IMG/VR virus record: IMGVR_UViG_3300027804_000049
Coordinates: 1-64,000 of that record
From: a virus
Length of the DNA stretch: 64,000 nt
Reading direction: 5' to 3' (one strand)
How positions within the stretch are numbered: position 1 is the first letter of the stretch; each line of letters begins with the position of its first letter. Below the pieces are notes generated by a model, which was given only the letters and a program-made list of their open reading frames with translations, searched no databases and was not told where the DNA came from. The translations under genes were made by a program, and so were the position numbers. Shown here in pieces: positions 15,243-24,601 of this stretch.

Positions 15243-16211
15243 GCTAACTGAATTACCTGTCTTAGAACTTTTTAATATAGCCTCGCAAACCTTAAGAACC
15301 TCTATCCCCGACTCAACGGTTGCAACGTTGCTTGACTTACCGAGTACAAAGTCTCTAAATTCCTCATGCTCCAGTACGAGTGGCTCCTTCTTGTCAAGCT
15401 TGTAATATGTAATATTTCCATCTACAACTCCGCGAAATGTGTCAGAGTCATAAAGATCGTTTGGATAAAAGGCAAGTTTAACATTTAATGTATCCGCGAT
15501 TAGACAACCTTTTTCACCAAGAATGCGTGTTTCACGAATCTTGTTCGGGCTTAGCCAGTCAATTATGTGATTTGTTACAACGCCACCTTGCATCATCGCG
15601 GTGATGGAAACGATGTCCTCGTGTTCCTTACCCGAGTGACTTCCTGTGAATGCGGCAACCTTTTCATATTTGCGTTGCGTGATCCACGCGGTTAAATCAA
15701 TATCATGCGTTGCAAGATCCTTAACTACACCGACGTCCGCAATACGCGTTGGGTGCCAGCCTTGTCTTCTTGTAAACACCTCGTAGATATTTCCAAGTAG
15801 TCCCTGCTCGATAAGTTGACGTGCCTTTACGAGCGCGGGGTTATATCTTTCAATTTGCCCTACTGCTCCAACCAGGTGCGAATTTATCAACGCGGATTGA
15901 ATATTGATGGCCGAGGACACGTTGTGCGCAACAGGCTTTTCAACAAGTACGTGAGCTCCCATGTCAATTATCTCAAGGGCAACGTCCTCATGATAGATCG
16001 TAGGAACAGCAATAACGCAGTAGTCGATATTTTTTGGTATAAATTCAGGTATAGACTCAAGCAGTATCTCCGCCTTGACCGCCTTTGTAGGGTCTCCACC
16101 AGGGTCGTAAGACGCAACGAGTTGAACTCCAGGTAAGTTATTAAGGACGCGTGCGTGGTTACGTCCCATAACTCCAAGCCCAATAAGACCCGCCTTTAAG
16201 GCAGCTGACAT
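15231..16211 (-). CDS. Gfo/Idh/MocA NAD-dependent sugar-nucleotide 3-dehydrogenase (WbpB/WlbA/GnnA-like)
   Basis: GLIGLGVMG, VEKP, ERYNP, DLATHDID. Confidence 0.85.
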   Translation of the reverse strand: MSAALKAGLIGLGVMGRNHARVLNNLPGVQLVASYDPGGDPTKAVKAEILLESIPEFIPKNIDYCVIAVPTIYHEDVALEIIDMGAHVLVEKPVAHNVSSAINIQSALINSHLVGAVGQIERYNPALVKARQLIEQGLLGNIYEVFTRRQGWHPTRIADVGVVKDLATHDIDLTAWITQRKYEKVAAFTGSHSGKEHEDIVSITAMMQGGVVTNHIIDWLSPNKIRETRILGEKGCLIADTLNVKLAFYPNDLYDSDTFRGVVDGNITYYKLDKKEPLVLEHEEFRDFVLGKSSNVATVESGIEVLKVCEAILKSSKTGNSVSLVS

Positions 16212-17302
16212 CAGCTTCCAGCCTTGGCAATTTCGTTTACCGCGATGATGATTCTATGAAGTTGCCCTGGTGCAAGTTTAGGATGAACTGGCAGTGAGAT
16301 AACCTCACGACACGCCTTCTCTGTTTCAGGTAGATCAAGACTTTTATTATATGAAGGAAGTCGGTGTATTGGAGTTGGGTAATACACACCTGAGCCAATG
16401 TTTCGTTTCTCGAGCTCAGATATAAACTTATCTCTATCATGACCAACTACACGAATTGTGTATTGATGATACACGTGCTTATAGCCTTTGGGTGCGGTTG
16501 GCACTACAACTCCGTTTATATTTTCATTTAAGAATTTTCCATTTTCAATTCTATAGTTGTTGTACTTGTCAATTTTTTGTAGTTGAACTCGACCAATTGC
16601 CGCATGAACGTCAGTCATGCGATTATTTAATCCGACTACCTCATTTTGATAGCGTTTTTCCATCCCTTGGTTGCGTAGCATACGTGATAGTCTTTCAATA
16701 TTCTTGTCATATGTGACTATCATTCCACCCTCACCGCTTGTCATATTTTTAGTAGGATAAAATGAAAATGCGGCTCCATCTGCAAACGTCCCAACGTATG
16801 TTCCATCTATCATCGCGCCATGCGCCTGGGCAGCGTCCTCAAGTAAAAGAAGATCATGCTTCTTAGCAATTGCAACTAGTTGAGGCATGTTTGCAGGCAT
16901 GCCGTAAAGATGAACTGCCATGATTGCACGAGTTTTCTTTGTAATTAAAGACTCAACGTGTTTTGGGTCAATACAAAATGTATGAGGATCAATGTCAGCA
17001 AATACCGCCTTGGCTCCTGTAAGCTCAACCGCGTTTGCAGTTGCGGCAAATGAGAATGATGGAACTATGACCTCGTCACCGTGGCCAATCTTGTGCGCAA
17101 GAAGAAGAATGTGAAGAGCTGATGTTCCAGAGTTTACTGCAATTGACATTAAGTTAGAAACTAGTTTTTGTGAAAATTCATTTTCAAAGGAAAGTACCTC
17201 GCCTCCTTGCGCAAGGTTACCTGATTTCATAACCCGCTTAACTGCACGAATTTCCTTTCTTCCAATGTCTGGACTTGCTACGTTTATCATTTTCTTAGAC
17301 AT
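16211..17302 (-). CDS. DegT/DnrJ/EryC1/StrS PLP aminotransferase (WbpE/WlbC/GnnB-like)
   Basis: NSGTSALH, VHLYG, EDAAQAHG, FSFYPTKNMTSGEGG. Confidence 0.92.
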   Translation of the reverse strand: MSKKMINVASPDIGRKEIRAVKRVMKSGNLAQGGEVLSFENEFSQKLVSNLMSIAVNSGTSALHILLLAHKIGHGDEVIVPSFSFAATANAVELTGAKAVFADIDPHTFCIDPKHVESLITKKTRAIMAVHLYGMPANMPQLVAIAKKHDLLLLEDAAQAHGAMIDGTYVGTFADGAAFSFYPTKNMTSGEGGMIVTYDKNIERLSRMLRNQGMEKRYQNEVVGLNNRMTDVHAAIGRVQLQKIDKYNNYRIENGKFLNENINGVVVPTAPKGYKHVYHQYTIRVVGHDRDKFISELEKRNIGSGVYYPTPIHRLPSYNKSLDLPETEKACREVISLPVHPKLAPGQLHRIIIAVNEIAKAGS

Positions 17303-17810
17303 ATATCGGCTTTCCTTTGTAGTCTACCTGCCCAACGACGCGCGCTGGAATTCCCATAACTAAAGCAAATGGCGCAACATCCTTTGTTACAACTGCACCT
17401 GCAGCAACGACTGCCCATCTTCCAATTTTAACTGGTGCCACACAAATTGCTCCTGCTCCAATTGAAGCCCCTTCTTCTATTTCAACTCCAACCGCATTCC
17501 AATCATCTGTGTTTTTTTGCGTCTTGTCTTCGTTAATTGCTCGCGGATAGTGATCATTAGTGAGAATAACTCCAGGACCAATAAACACACCTTCATGTAT
17601 TTTTGCTGGCTCATAAATCATTGCGCCATTTTGTATCTTTGAGTTATCACCAATCTCAACTCCGGATCCAATATATGCGCCCTTTCCGACTATAACATTT
17701 TTTCCAATACGCGCGCTATCTCGTACTTGAGCATGGTGCCATATCTTTGCACCTTGATCAATAAATGCGGTATCGTGAATCTCGGCAGTTGATTCAATGT
17801 GAATTGTCAT
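17295..17810 (-). CDS. Hexapeptide-repeat N-acetyltransferase (WbpD/WlbB-like)
   Basis: KIWH, hexapeptide repeats, TNDHYPRA, GAVVTKDV..GIPAR. Confidence 0.88.
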   Translation of the reverse strand: MTIHIESTAEIHDTAFIDQGAKIWHHAQVRDSARIGKNVIVGKGAYIGSGVEIGDNSKIQNGAMIYEPAKIHEGVFIGPGVILTNDHYPRAINEDKTQKNTDDWNAVGVEIEEGASIGAGAICVAPVKIGRWAVVAAGAVVTKDVAPFALVMGIPARVVGQVDYKGKPIYV

Positions 17811-18313
17811 TCCTTTTCCTTTTTCTTTTTTGCCTTTTTCTTTTTTGGCTTGGAAAGCTTTTCTGTTTTCTGCGCATGGTACGCATCAACCGCATTAGCG
17901 CTCGTTCGCGAGCGCCAGGTAAAGTCACAAGCTTCACACTTAACAAGCTTCATCGTGCTCCAACGTCCTCCGCCAGGAACATCAACTATCAACGTGCGTA
18001 ATTTATTAGGTCGAGCGTTGCAATATGGGCACTGTGGAAAACGTTGACGTCGTGATTCCTGACCATTCCATGAGACTGATAATGTTCTTCTTATCTCACC
18101 TTCGTCTTTTCCTCCCCAGATTCCCCAGATCTGTCTGTGCTCTAACGCCCACTTTAAGCATTCCTGTCTCGCAGGACAAAGAAAACAAAGATTTTTTGCT
18201 TGATATTTTTCAGAAGGTTGCGTTGAGAAAAAATATTCACGTATCTTTTGATTTTCTGACTTAGCACACAGGGCTTCCTTTTGCCAGTCTAAACTTTTAG
18301 GAGTTATACTCAT
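17807..18313 (-). CDS. whiB: WhiB-family transcription factor with an extra C-terminal CxxC..CxxC domain and Lys-rich tail
   Basis: W..ALC, C-x2-C-x5-C, GIWGG. Confidence 0.9.
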   Translation of the reverse strand: MSITPKSLDWQKEALCAKSENQKIREYFFSTQPSEKYQAKNLCFLCPARQECLKWALEHRQIWGIWGGKDEGEIRRTLSVSWNGQESRRQRFPQCPYCNARPNKLRTLIVDVPGGGRWSTMKLVKCEACDFTWRSRTSANAVDAYHAQKTEKLSKPKKKKAKKKKEKE

Positions 18314-18687
18314 ACGAGTAGCACCTCAACCCAGGTAACCGGAGTTACACTATCGACTACGTCTCCGTATGGTGTTTCTCCATTTTCATCGCAAACTGAA
18401 AGATCGATGTCTTCGTCTACCTCTCCAGCGTATCCAATTGAGATTTTTGCATTTTCTAAAGATTGGAAACCATTTCCTAATGAAATTGATATTCCATCAC
18501 GCTGTAGCGCAGAGGCAAGCGCGCGACGTATCAACTCATTTTCGAGGTCAACGTGCTCGTCGGTAAAGAAAACTATGCTTTCATCAAGTTGCGGATCAAA
18601 GCCGTCGCCTGTCCACTCTTTCCATAAAAGTTCGCCTACGCGTGAGTCCTTCACGATATTCCTCATCTGGGGAGATGGATAAATCAT
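18310..18687 (-). CDS. Hypothetical acidic protein
   Basis: ATGA overlap with whiB; start uncertain. Confidence 0.55.
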   Translation of the reverse strand: MIYPSPQMRNIVKDSRVGELLWKEWTGDGFDPQLDESIVFFTDEHVDLENELIRRALASALQRDGISISLGNGFQSLENAKISIGYAGEVDEDIDLSVCDENGETPYGDVVDSVTPVTWVEVLLV

Positions 18688-18792
18688 ATATCGAGTGGAG
18701 TATTCTCGCGTTAAGAATCACCGATTATTTTTTACACGTGAGATTACCCTAGACCTGTAGAGATAGGGTCTTAAAGAGGCAGTGAGTGACTA

Positions 18793-19320
18793 CTAAGCGG
18801 CGTTATAAGTGCCAAGATAGAGTTCGCCTTGGGCATTAGGCCATAGGTATTGATAGTACTCTGGGCGATAGCCTTTATCCTCTGGCCAGCCAAACTGTGA
18901 GTACCAAGTATATTCCTTGCGTAGAAGCGCTATACGGTGAGTTGAGGCAAGCTGTTCATACTTTTCAATATCCTGTATCCAGGATGGAAATTTAAGTTCA
19001 TCTTCTATACGGCCTATCTTTACCGCGTGGTCATAGGTAGAAAATATCTTAGGTAGCATCGTTGAGTTAAAGCCACGACTAACCCACTCGTTGTAGCAGG
19101 CAAGAGTATAAGCGACTAAAGCAGTTTCGTAACCGCGCCACATATTTGCCGCAGGGTGATTTGCCCAGCCCTTTGGGTCACGGTTGTTATTGTTAGGGTC
19201 AAGACGGCTAATGGTTAACAGTAATTGCCATGCCTCAAGTACTTGCTTGTTTAGGCGCTTGTTATCAAGCTCGTGAGCGATGTGCTCAAACGAATCAGTG
19301 TGAGGTAAGAATGTTTGCAT
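18793..19320 (-). CDS. Pyrimidine-dimer glycosylase/endonuclease V-like protein (MSMEG_6728 family)
   Basis: MQTFLP, LDNKRLNKQ.LEA.Q, W.NHPA..MWRGYE.AL. Confidence 0.8.
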   Translation of the reverse strand: MQTFLPHTDSFEHIAHELDNKRLNKQVLEAWQLLLTISRLDPNNNNRDPKGWANHPAANMWRGYETALVAYTLACYNEWVSRGFNSTMLPKIFSTYDHAVKIGRIEDELKFPSWIQDIEKYEQLASTHRIALLRKEYTWYSQFGWPEDKGYRPEYYQYLWPNAQGELYLGTYNAA

Positions 19321-19354
19321 AGTCGTCCTTTGTCATTAGGGGTTTATTATATCA
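19321..19354 (-). promoter_or_regulatory. Extended -10 promoter (TGATATAAT) plus TAATGACAAAGGA leader/SD
   Basis: Similar arrangement at 33586-33620 and 28709-28744. Confidence 0.55.
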
Positions 19355-19627
19355 GGAACCTTGGTCGTAGTCCTCCTGATTTCCTGGGTCCTCGTACTCA
19401 TCAATTTGATCAATTGGCACATATATGCCTACTACCGTCACACGTCCGCAGGCGGTACATTCGCTAACAGCGCCTGGAGATAGTTGAATTGGAACGTTTA
19501 CACTTATTAGCCGCGTGATGATGTTTCCTCTTTCATCAACGCTATCTGCTTCCCAAACTGAGTTTTCGTCAATCCAACAACGCTCACATATTGGGACAAG
19601 TTCCTCCTCGCCACCGCGAATTGTCAT
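19352..19627 (-). CDS. Small CxxC..CxxC putative zinc-binding protein
   Basis: CERC, CTAC; ATGA overlap with the MTase gene. Confidence 0.6.
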   Translation of the reverse strand: MTIRGGEEELVPICERCWIDENSVWEADSVDERGNIITRLISVNVPIQLSPGAVSECTACGRVTVVGIYVPIDQIDEYEDPGNQEDYDQGS

Positions 19628-20862
19628 GTGTACATCTTCTTTGCAGCTTGACGTGAAAAGCCGCGATCTGCATCAACTAAAAATTCTCTATCACCAATTT
19701 TTTGTGCATCACCTTGTTGTGGATTTCCCTCTAGTGATTCCTTAATTGCCTTTGCAATCCACGAGGCTGCTTGCACTGGAACTGCCTTTCCCCATGTTGC
19801 CGCGAGCGCAGAGTAATCCTTTGATCCTTCAATGTCCCAGTCATCAGGAAGTCCTTGCATGCGTGCGCACTCTCTATGAGTTATAAGTCTTGGTTGCGTT
19901 GGGTGAATGACATGCTCTAACGCAGAGCCAGTTAACACGTTACACCAGTGATCTTCCTTCCATCGATAAGGTTGACTAAAGCCTAACTTAAACTCTCTAC
20001 GCTTAACGCGTGGAGCAACATCAGTCCACGTTTGAGGAAATGTATTATCGTTCATTTCCACTGCAAGTTTTATAGCACTTCCAAGATCTCCGTTTCCTGG
20101 CCAGTTTTTGTTTCCTATTATGTCGAATACATCTTTTATTCTTTGAACGTGTATGTTGTTTTTTCCAATGTGCCCGTCTACCTTTTGACTTTTAGATCTA
20201 AGATGTTTAACATGCTTTGATGGCGCAGGCTCAGTGTAAGGCTGCTTATTCCAACTTTGTGGCATTTCTGCGAGGTCGCCAATGATATCCATAATCCTTG
20301 GAAGCTCTTTAGTCTTTGGCATTACAACGTCAAACTTAAGTCCTTTTCTTACCGCAACCCAAAAGTATCTTGGACGATAAGAAAATCCGCCAAGTTGTAG
20401 GTTATTATGTTTAACATGGTAAAGATCGTACTTTTTACCAGAAACTTCCTCGACCATATCGCGATATTTAAGCATTACATCTCTACCTTGAGTATAAGCT
20501 TGTTGAACACACTCAAAGACGACTGCTTGAGGTTTTACACGTCCTGCGTATTTCATAAATGCTCGCGTGTGTTCGTGCACCTTTGCATCAATTCCTCTGT
20601 TACTCGGTCCTGACCATACCGACCATCCTGAGCACGGTGGACAGCCAAGAACTATATCTGTCTTCTTTGTTTCCCACTCGCCTGCATCATCTGAGAAGTT
20701 TGCTACCCAATTGTTTCCCATATGAGTTCTGTTGTTTTCAACCACCTGGTTTCCAAAGTTTAGCGTCCCTGTGCGATGAATCATTTCCATTCCATTTTGC
20801 ACAAAACCAAGACTCATAAAGCCAGCAAGACCGTTGCAGTCAACAAACGTCATTTGCGACAT
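19624..20862 (-). CDS. Atypical C5-cytosine DNA methyltransferase-fold enzyme
   Basis: GCPPCSGWS (IV), FECV (VI), YRPRYF (VIII), RECARMQGLPDDW (IX), GKAVP (X); motif I degenerate. Confidence 0.85.
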   Translation of the reverse strand: MSQMTFVDCNGLAGFMSLGFVQNGMEMIHRTGTLNFGNQVVENNRTHMGNNWVANFSDDAGEWETKKTDIVLGCPPCSGWSVWSGPSNRGIDAKVHEHTRAFMKYAGRVKPQAVVFECVQQAYTQGRDVMLKYRDMVEEVSGKKYDLYHVKHNNLQLGGFSYRPRYFWVAVRKGLKFDVVMPKTKELPRIMDIIGDLAEMPQSWNKQPYTEPAPSKHVKHLRSKSQKVDGHIGKNNIHVQRIKDVFDIIGNKNWPGNGDLGSAIKLAVEMNDNTFPQTWTDVAPRVKRREFKLGFSQPYRWKEDHWCNVLTGSALEHVIHPTQPRLITHRECARMQGLPDDWDIEGSKDYSALAATWGKAVPVQAASWIAKAIKESLEGNPQQGDAQKIGDREFLVDADRGFSRQAAKKMYT

Positions 20863-20939
20863 TTTTTCCTCTCCTAGCGCATTCCTACGGATGGACTGTA
20901 TACTGAGAGGAAAGATGCGACCTGTCTAAATCACTTTAT

Positions 20940-21242
20940 TTAGCTAGTTTTTTCTGCCTGGGTTCTTCCTACCTCGTACCCACAACCAGCGTATCCTGCA
21001 ATATCAATCCAGGTATCAGGTTGAAACCCAGATTTATTTGCGTATCGTGCGATCTTTAATCCAATCATCAACATTCCCACGTCTTCCTGGGTAACATTTA
21101 TCCCAAGAATTACTGACCATATTCTTGCGATGCGATCAAAGTTTTCCTCAGGACCTCCATATTGAATGTCACGATCACCTGCAATGATGCGTGCAGCTTC
21201 GCGCAATGCCTCTACTCGATATAAAGATTTCTCATCACTCAT
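20940..21242 (-). CDS. DUF6378-like phage nucleotide-metabolism-associated protein
   Basis: DR..QYGGPEENF.RIA..WS..KIAR..D.W.DIAGYA. Confidence 0.75.
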   Translation of the reverse strand: MSDEKSLYRVEALREAARIIAGDRDIQYGGPEENFDRIARIWSVILGINVTQEDVGMLMIGLKIARYANKSGFQPDTWIDIAGYAGCGYEVGRTQAEKTS

Positions 21243-21243
21243 A

Positions 21244-21444
21244 TTATTCCTCTATCTTTGTCTTTACAATTACGTATGCCATGTATCTTTTATCATTTTC
21301 TGTAGATGCGAGCATGCGCACCTCAGCGCCTAGCGGAAGTGTTGCGTCTTCATCTTCGTTTATTCTCTTCCACTCAGTTATAACTTTTTCCCTTACCTGT
21401 GAAATGGTTTCACCGGACACATAAAATTCAATAGATGATCTCAT
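21244..21444 (-). CDS. Hypothetical protein
   Basis: Tightly packed in operon. Confidence 0.55.
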   Translation of the reverse strand: MRSSIEFYVSGETISQVREKVITEWKRINEDEDATLPLGAEVRMLASTENDKRYMAYVIVKTKIEE

Positions 21445-21860
21445 TGAATTCGTTTCTGCAGTTGATAAGGAGCGTAGTGAGCGCCGTCAAGAATTGGTTC
21501 CTTGTCATCAGTTGACTTAAACACAATATCTCCGTAGCGCACAGCGACAACACGTCCTCTTCTTCCATTGTGAATAACTCCTGTGCTACCGTCATAGGCA
21601 TCAGCCTTTACACGAACCTCATCACCTACGTTAATTGATCCTGGTTGCGCATCAATCCATTTTTCAGTTGGTGGCTCAGGGATAATTGAGTGTGTAAGCG
21701 CCAGTTGTGGAAACAACGCAATAGCTTCCTTTACTTGTGGACCAGAAAGATCAAGCGTTTCCCACGTCTTTAGCAGCTTTAAGATGGCATTCCCAACACC
21801 AACCTTTACACGTGCACCTTGCATTTGCTGGCGCACCCAGTCATAATTTACCTCAGGCAT
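21441..21860 (-). CDS. Hypothetical protein with SH3/KOW-like C-terminus
   Basis: INVGDEVRV..GRVVAVRYGDI; GGAGG SD. Confidence 0.6.
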   Translation of the reverse strand: MPEVNYDWVRQQMQGARVKVGVGNAILKLLKTWETLDLSGPQVKEAIALFPQLALTHSIIPEPPTEKWIDAQPGSINVGDEVRVKADAYDGSTGVIHNGRRGRVVAVRYGDIVFKSTDDKEPILDGAHYAPYQLQKRIQ

Positions 21861-22338
21861 TTCCGTCTACCTCCTTTGGAAGACATTTTGCACACATATC
21901 TGGTGATGCGCCTCGACCAACGTCGTCAATTGCACGGGCGCAGAGCGCACATTTGACGCCAATCTCTTTAACCTTGTATCCATCTAGTTGTCTTTGTTTG
22001 TTTCGTTCCATCTTTTCAATGTAAAACTTATCAAGCATCTCATCTGTTCCACCAGCTGCAACAATAATATTTGCGACAAAGTGTAAAACGTCAACCGCCT
22101 CCTTGACAATTTCCTCGCGATCTGCATATGGCTTATCGTGTTGCCAAGGCTTCCATGATATTGCCTGACGCATCTCTGCAAGTTCATCGTCAATGGCAAG
22201 CATATTCCAACGCATGTACTCAATGAGACGACGAATATTTGCGTCTTTGTCGCCTGACATGTCATCAAAGTTTATGTAATAAACGTCTGTTTGTAGATCC
22301 TTTGTGCGTTTAATCCAGTTGTTAAACAATATTCCCAT
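21853..22338 (-). CDS. All-alpha dimeric dUTPase/dCTPase (T4 gp56-like) with C-terminal CxxC..CxxC
   Basis: ELAE, WKPW, EAVDVLHF, K..RN..RQ..GY. Confidence 0.8.
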   Translation of the reverse strand: MGILFNNWIKRTKDLQTDVYYINFDDMSGDKDANIRRLIEYMRWNMLAIDDELAEMRQAISWKPWQHDKPYADREEIVKEAVDVLHFVANIIVAAGGTDEMLDKFYIEKMERNKQRQLDGYKVKEIGVKCALCARAIDDVGRGASPDMCAKCLPKEVDGNA

Positions 22339-22343
22339 GACTA

Positions 22344-23369
22344 CTATTTTCCTTTCGTTGCGTATAGGTTTAATGCGTCAGATACAGTCACCGCAGCATC
22401 TCTACGAGACGGAATTGACTTAGCATATTCTTCTCTTTGTGCGTGAGCGACTTCCACGCGTTTGTCAATGGGAAGAGTTTCAATGTGAGATGCAAGATAT
22501 GTCCATGAATCTCCAATGGCTTGACTCTCTCGCCAATCTGTAGCTACGGGAGTAGAGGCGTTAAGCGACTGTATTAGTCGATATGACCACCAAGTACCTC
22601 CTGTTTGATACGGACTAATTAAGGAGCCAATGCCAGAGCTTATTTGTGAGAATACCTGCTCGTCGTTCCAACCTTTATGCCACTTCATTGGAATTGACTG
22701 ATGCACAAGCATTCCAGTTACTTCTTTTATCCAACTCGTGTTGTAGTTTTCAACTACCCATTTATCACGTTTTTCGACTTCAATTGAGTCCTGTGTAGAT
22801 AATATGTATGAGTCCAGGTTTATTGCAAACAGTGACTCAGCCGCACCTGCAGGCAATTGAGAAATTACCTTGCCTGTTCCAGACCAGGGAAGCGCTGGAT
22901 ACAATGTAGTTGGCCACTCATCATTAAGAAGTCGATTTACAACCGCAAGTAAGTTTGATGCCATACCTGGAACTGTTGCATACATAAAACCTTTACGGTA
23001 GGAATAAAAAGGCTTTGTTAAGTTATCTGGAGTTTTTGCTATTGCACGTAAGCTTGCAGTAATGCGTGTTGGCTCTGGCGCATCAATGAAAAAGCGTAGT
23101 TTAGACGACTCTTGTAGAAGATCTATTAAGTTAAGTGCACCGTATACGCGGTTTGCGCTTAAACTTGTTAGTGGGCTAAGTCCAATAAGCACAAGATCGT
23201 ATTGATCAAGGTCATTTATGTTCCATGAAATATCAGGATCATCTTGAACTACCTCGTGCCCCATCTGAGAAAGAACATTACAAATAAGTCCAGCAAAAGA
23301 TAGTGAGCGCTTATTAGCCTCGGCTGATGCATGAGGCGCACTCATTCCTGTAATAAGTATCTTACTCAT
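22344..23369 (-). CDS. GT-B-like transferase paralogue (divergent)
   Basis: ILITG, GHEV, YDLVLI, GAL, GTWWSYR parallel the neighbouring gene. Confidence 0.6.
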   Translation of the reverse strand: MSKILITGMSAPHASAEANKRSLSFAGLICNVLSQMGHEVVQDDPDISWNINDLDQYDLVLIGLSPLTSLSANRVYGALNLIDLLQESSKLRFFIDAPEPTRITASLRAIAKTPDNLTKPFYSYRKGFMYATVPGMASNLLAVVNRLLNDEWPTTLYPALPWSGTGKVISQLPAGAAESLFAINLDSYILSTQDSIEVEKRDKWVVENYNTSWIKEVTGMLVHQSIPMKWHKGWNDEQVFSQISSGIGSLISPYQTGGTWWSYRLIQSLNASTPVATDWRESQAIGDSWTYLASHIETLPIDKRVEVAHAQREEYAKSIPSRRDAAVTVSDALNLYATKGK

Positions 23370-24586
23370 GCAAGTGTACCATCAGCATTTCTTTTTAGTC
23401 CTTTGTCCTCTTGTAGTGCGCGATTTATGATGCGACTGCAGTGTTCTACGAACGACGAGTATTGAGGAACAAACGGAGTAAACGCATCGCGTTGCGCCTG
23501 AGCTGCCTCAATAAGTTGAGCATCACTCATCTTTTCAACGTCTGCAATTTTAAGTTTATACGCGTCACCTAATGGATCGCCTTCACCTTTGTCAGTTACA
23601 AGAATTGATCCTACGTGCGCGGTGTAAAGAAAACGACTGCGCCACCAGCCAGACCCAGCGTGCGGATATGGTGGAGAAAGAATTCCCCAATGTTGATTGT
23701 AAAACTCCAACACGTCCTTCTCTGTATCAAACCTTTGTCCGCCAAGCTTTTTAATAAGCTTACGACTTCCAACAATCTCAACTGGCCATGTCAGGTTTTT
23801 CTTTTCAAGCCAAGTATCATGCGGCATTAACGCACCTAAAACCCATGCGCGTTTCTTAAGTGACTGATTTAGCGGAACTACAGGACTCAGCGTAGGGACT
23901 ATTGTCGATGTTGGGTCTAATGCCTCAATTGGACCAAGTTCCTTTGGCATACGCTTACGCACAATAGATCTGTCGCCAAATGAGTACATAGGACAAACTG
24001 GAACCATACCAGCAGACCAACGCTCAATTAAAAGATCCTCGGCAGCTTGAACAAGTCTTTTCTCCCAGGGTTTAATTGTTTCATCGTTATCCATCATGTA
24101 ATAACGTTCAATGTAACACTTCTTTGCCGCATCTGGACTTACTGCACGCACTCTTTCAAGTGCAGCCTCAATGTCTGCGCGACTAAAATACGTTGCGCCT
24201 TCGTCACCGCGATGTTCAGTTCCAACAAGCAGGTGTTTATACAACATCTCAGGTTTACGAACTAGCGCCTTTGCTCCGTTAAACACAGTGTTAAACTGCC
24301 AATCATCAAAAAATCCAACACAAGGTAGTCCAGATGACAGCGTGTAAAGTGCACCCATTGCGCCTTGTCTACCATTAAGCGAGTTTAATGGTGCAAGATT
24401 GACCCAGGCAACATCATACGAAGACAGGTCCTCGCCAGGAGTTACCTTACGCCAATCAACTTCATGACCTAACTCACGCAACGCCTGTGCAATAGCTGCA
24501 GGCACGTCGATTTTTTGTATCGTCCTTTTTTCAGTGTTTATCTGCAGTGCAGTAAACCCTGTCATTAAGACAGATAACTTTTTCAT
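23366..24586 (-). CDS. GT-B-like putative DNA base glycosyltransferase
   Basis: LGHEVDWR.VT.GEDLS.YD, FFDDWQ, PY.HAGSGWWR.R..GSIL; from memory resembles the RB69-type DNA arabinosyltransferase candidates. Confidence 0.65.
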   Translation of the reverse strand: MKKLSVLMTGFTALQINTEKRTIQKIDVPAAIAQALRELGHEVDWRKVTPGEDLSSYDVAWVNLAPLNSLNGRQGAMGALYTLSSGLPCVGFFDDWQFNTVFNGAKALVRKPEMLYKHLLVGTEHRGDEGATYFSRADIEAALERVRAVSPDAAKKCYIERYYMMDNDETIKPWEKRLVQAAEDLLIERWSAGMVPVCPMYSFGDRSIVRKRMPKELGPIEALDPTSTIVPTLSPVVPLNQSLKKRAWVLGALMPHDTWLEKKNLTWPVEIVGSRKLIKKLGGQRFDTEKDVLEFYNQHWGILSPPYPHAGSGWWRSRFLYTAHVGSILVTDKGEGDPLGDAYKLKIADVEKMSDAQLIEAAQAQRDAFTPFVPQYSSFVEHCSRIINRALQEDKGLKRNADGTLA

Positions 24587-24601
24587 AGTACTCCTCTCGT
24601 G

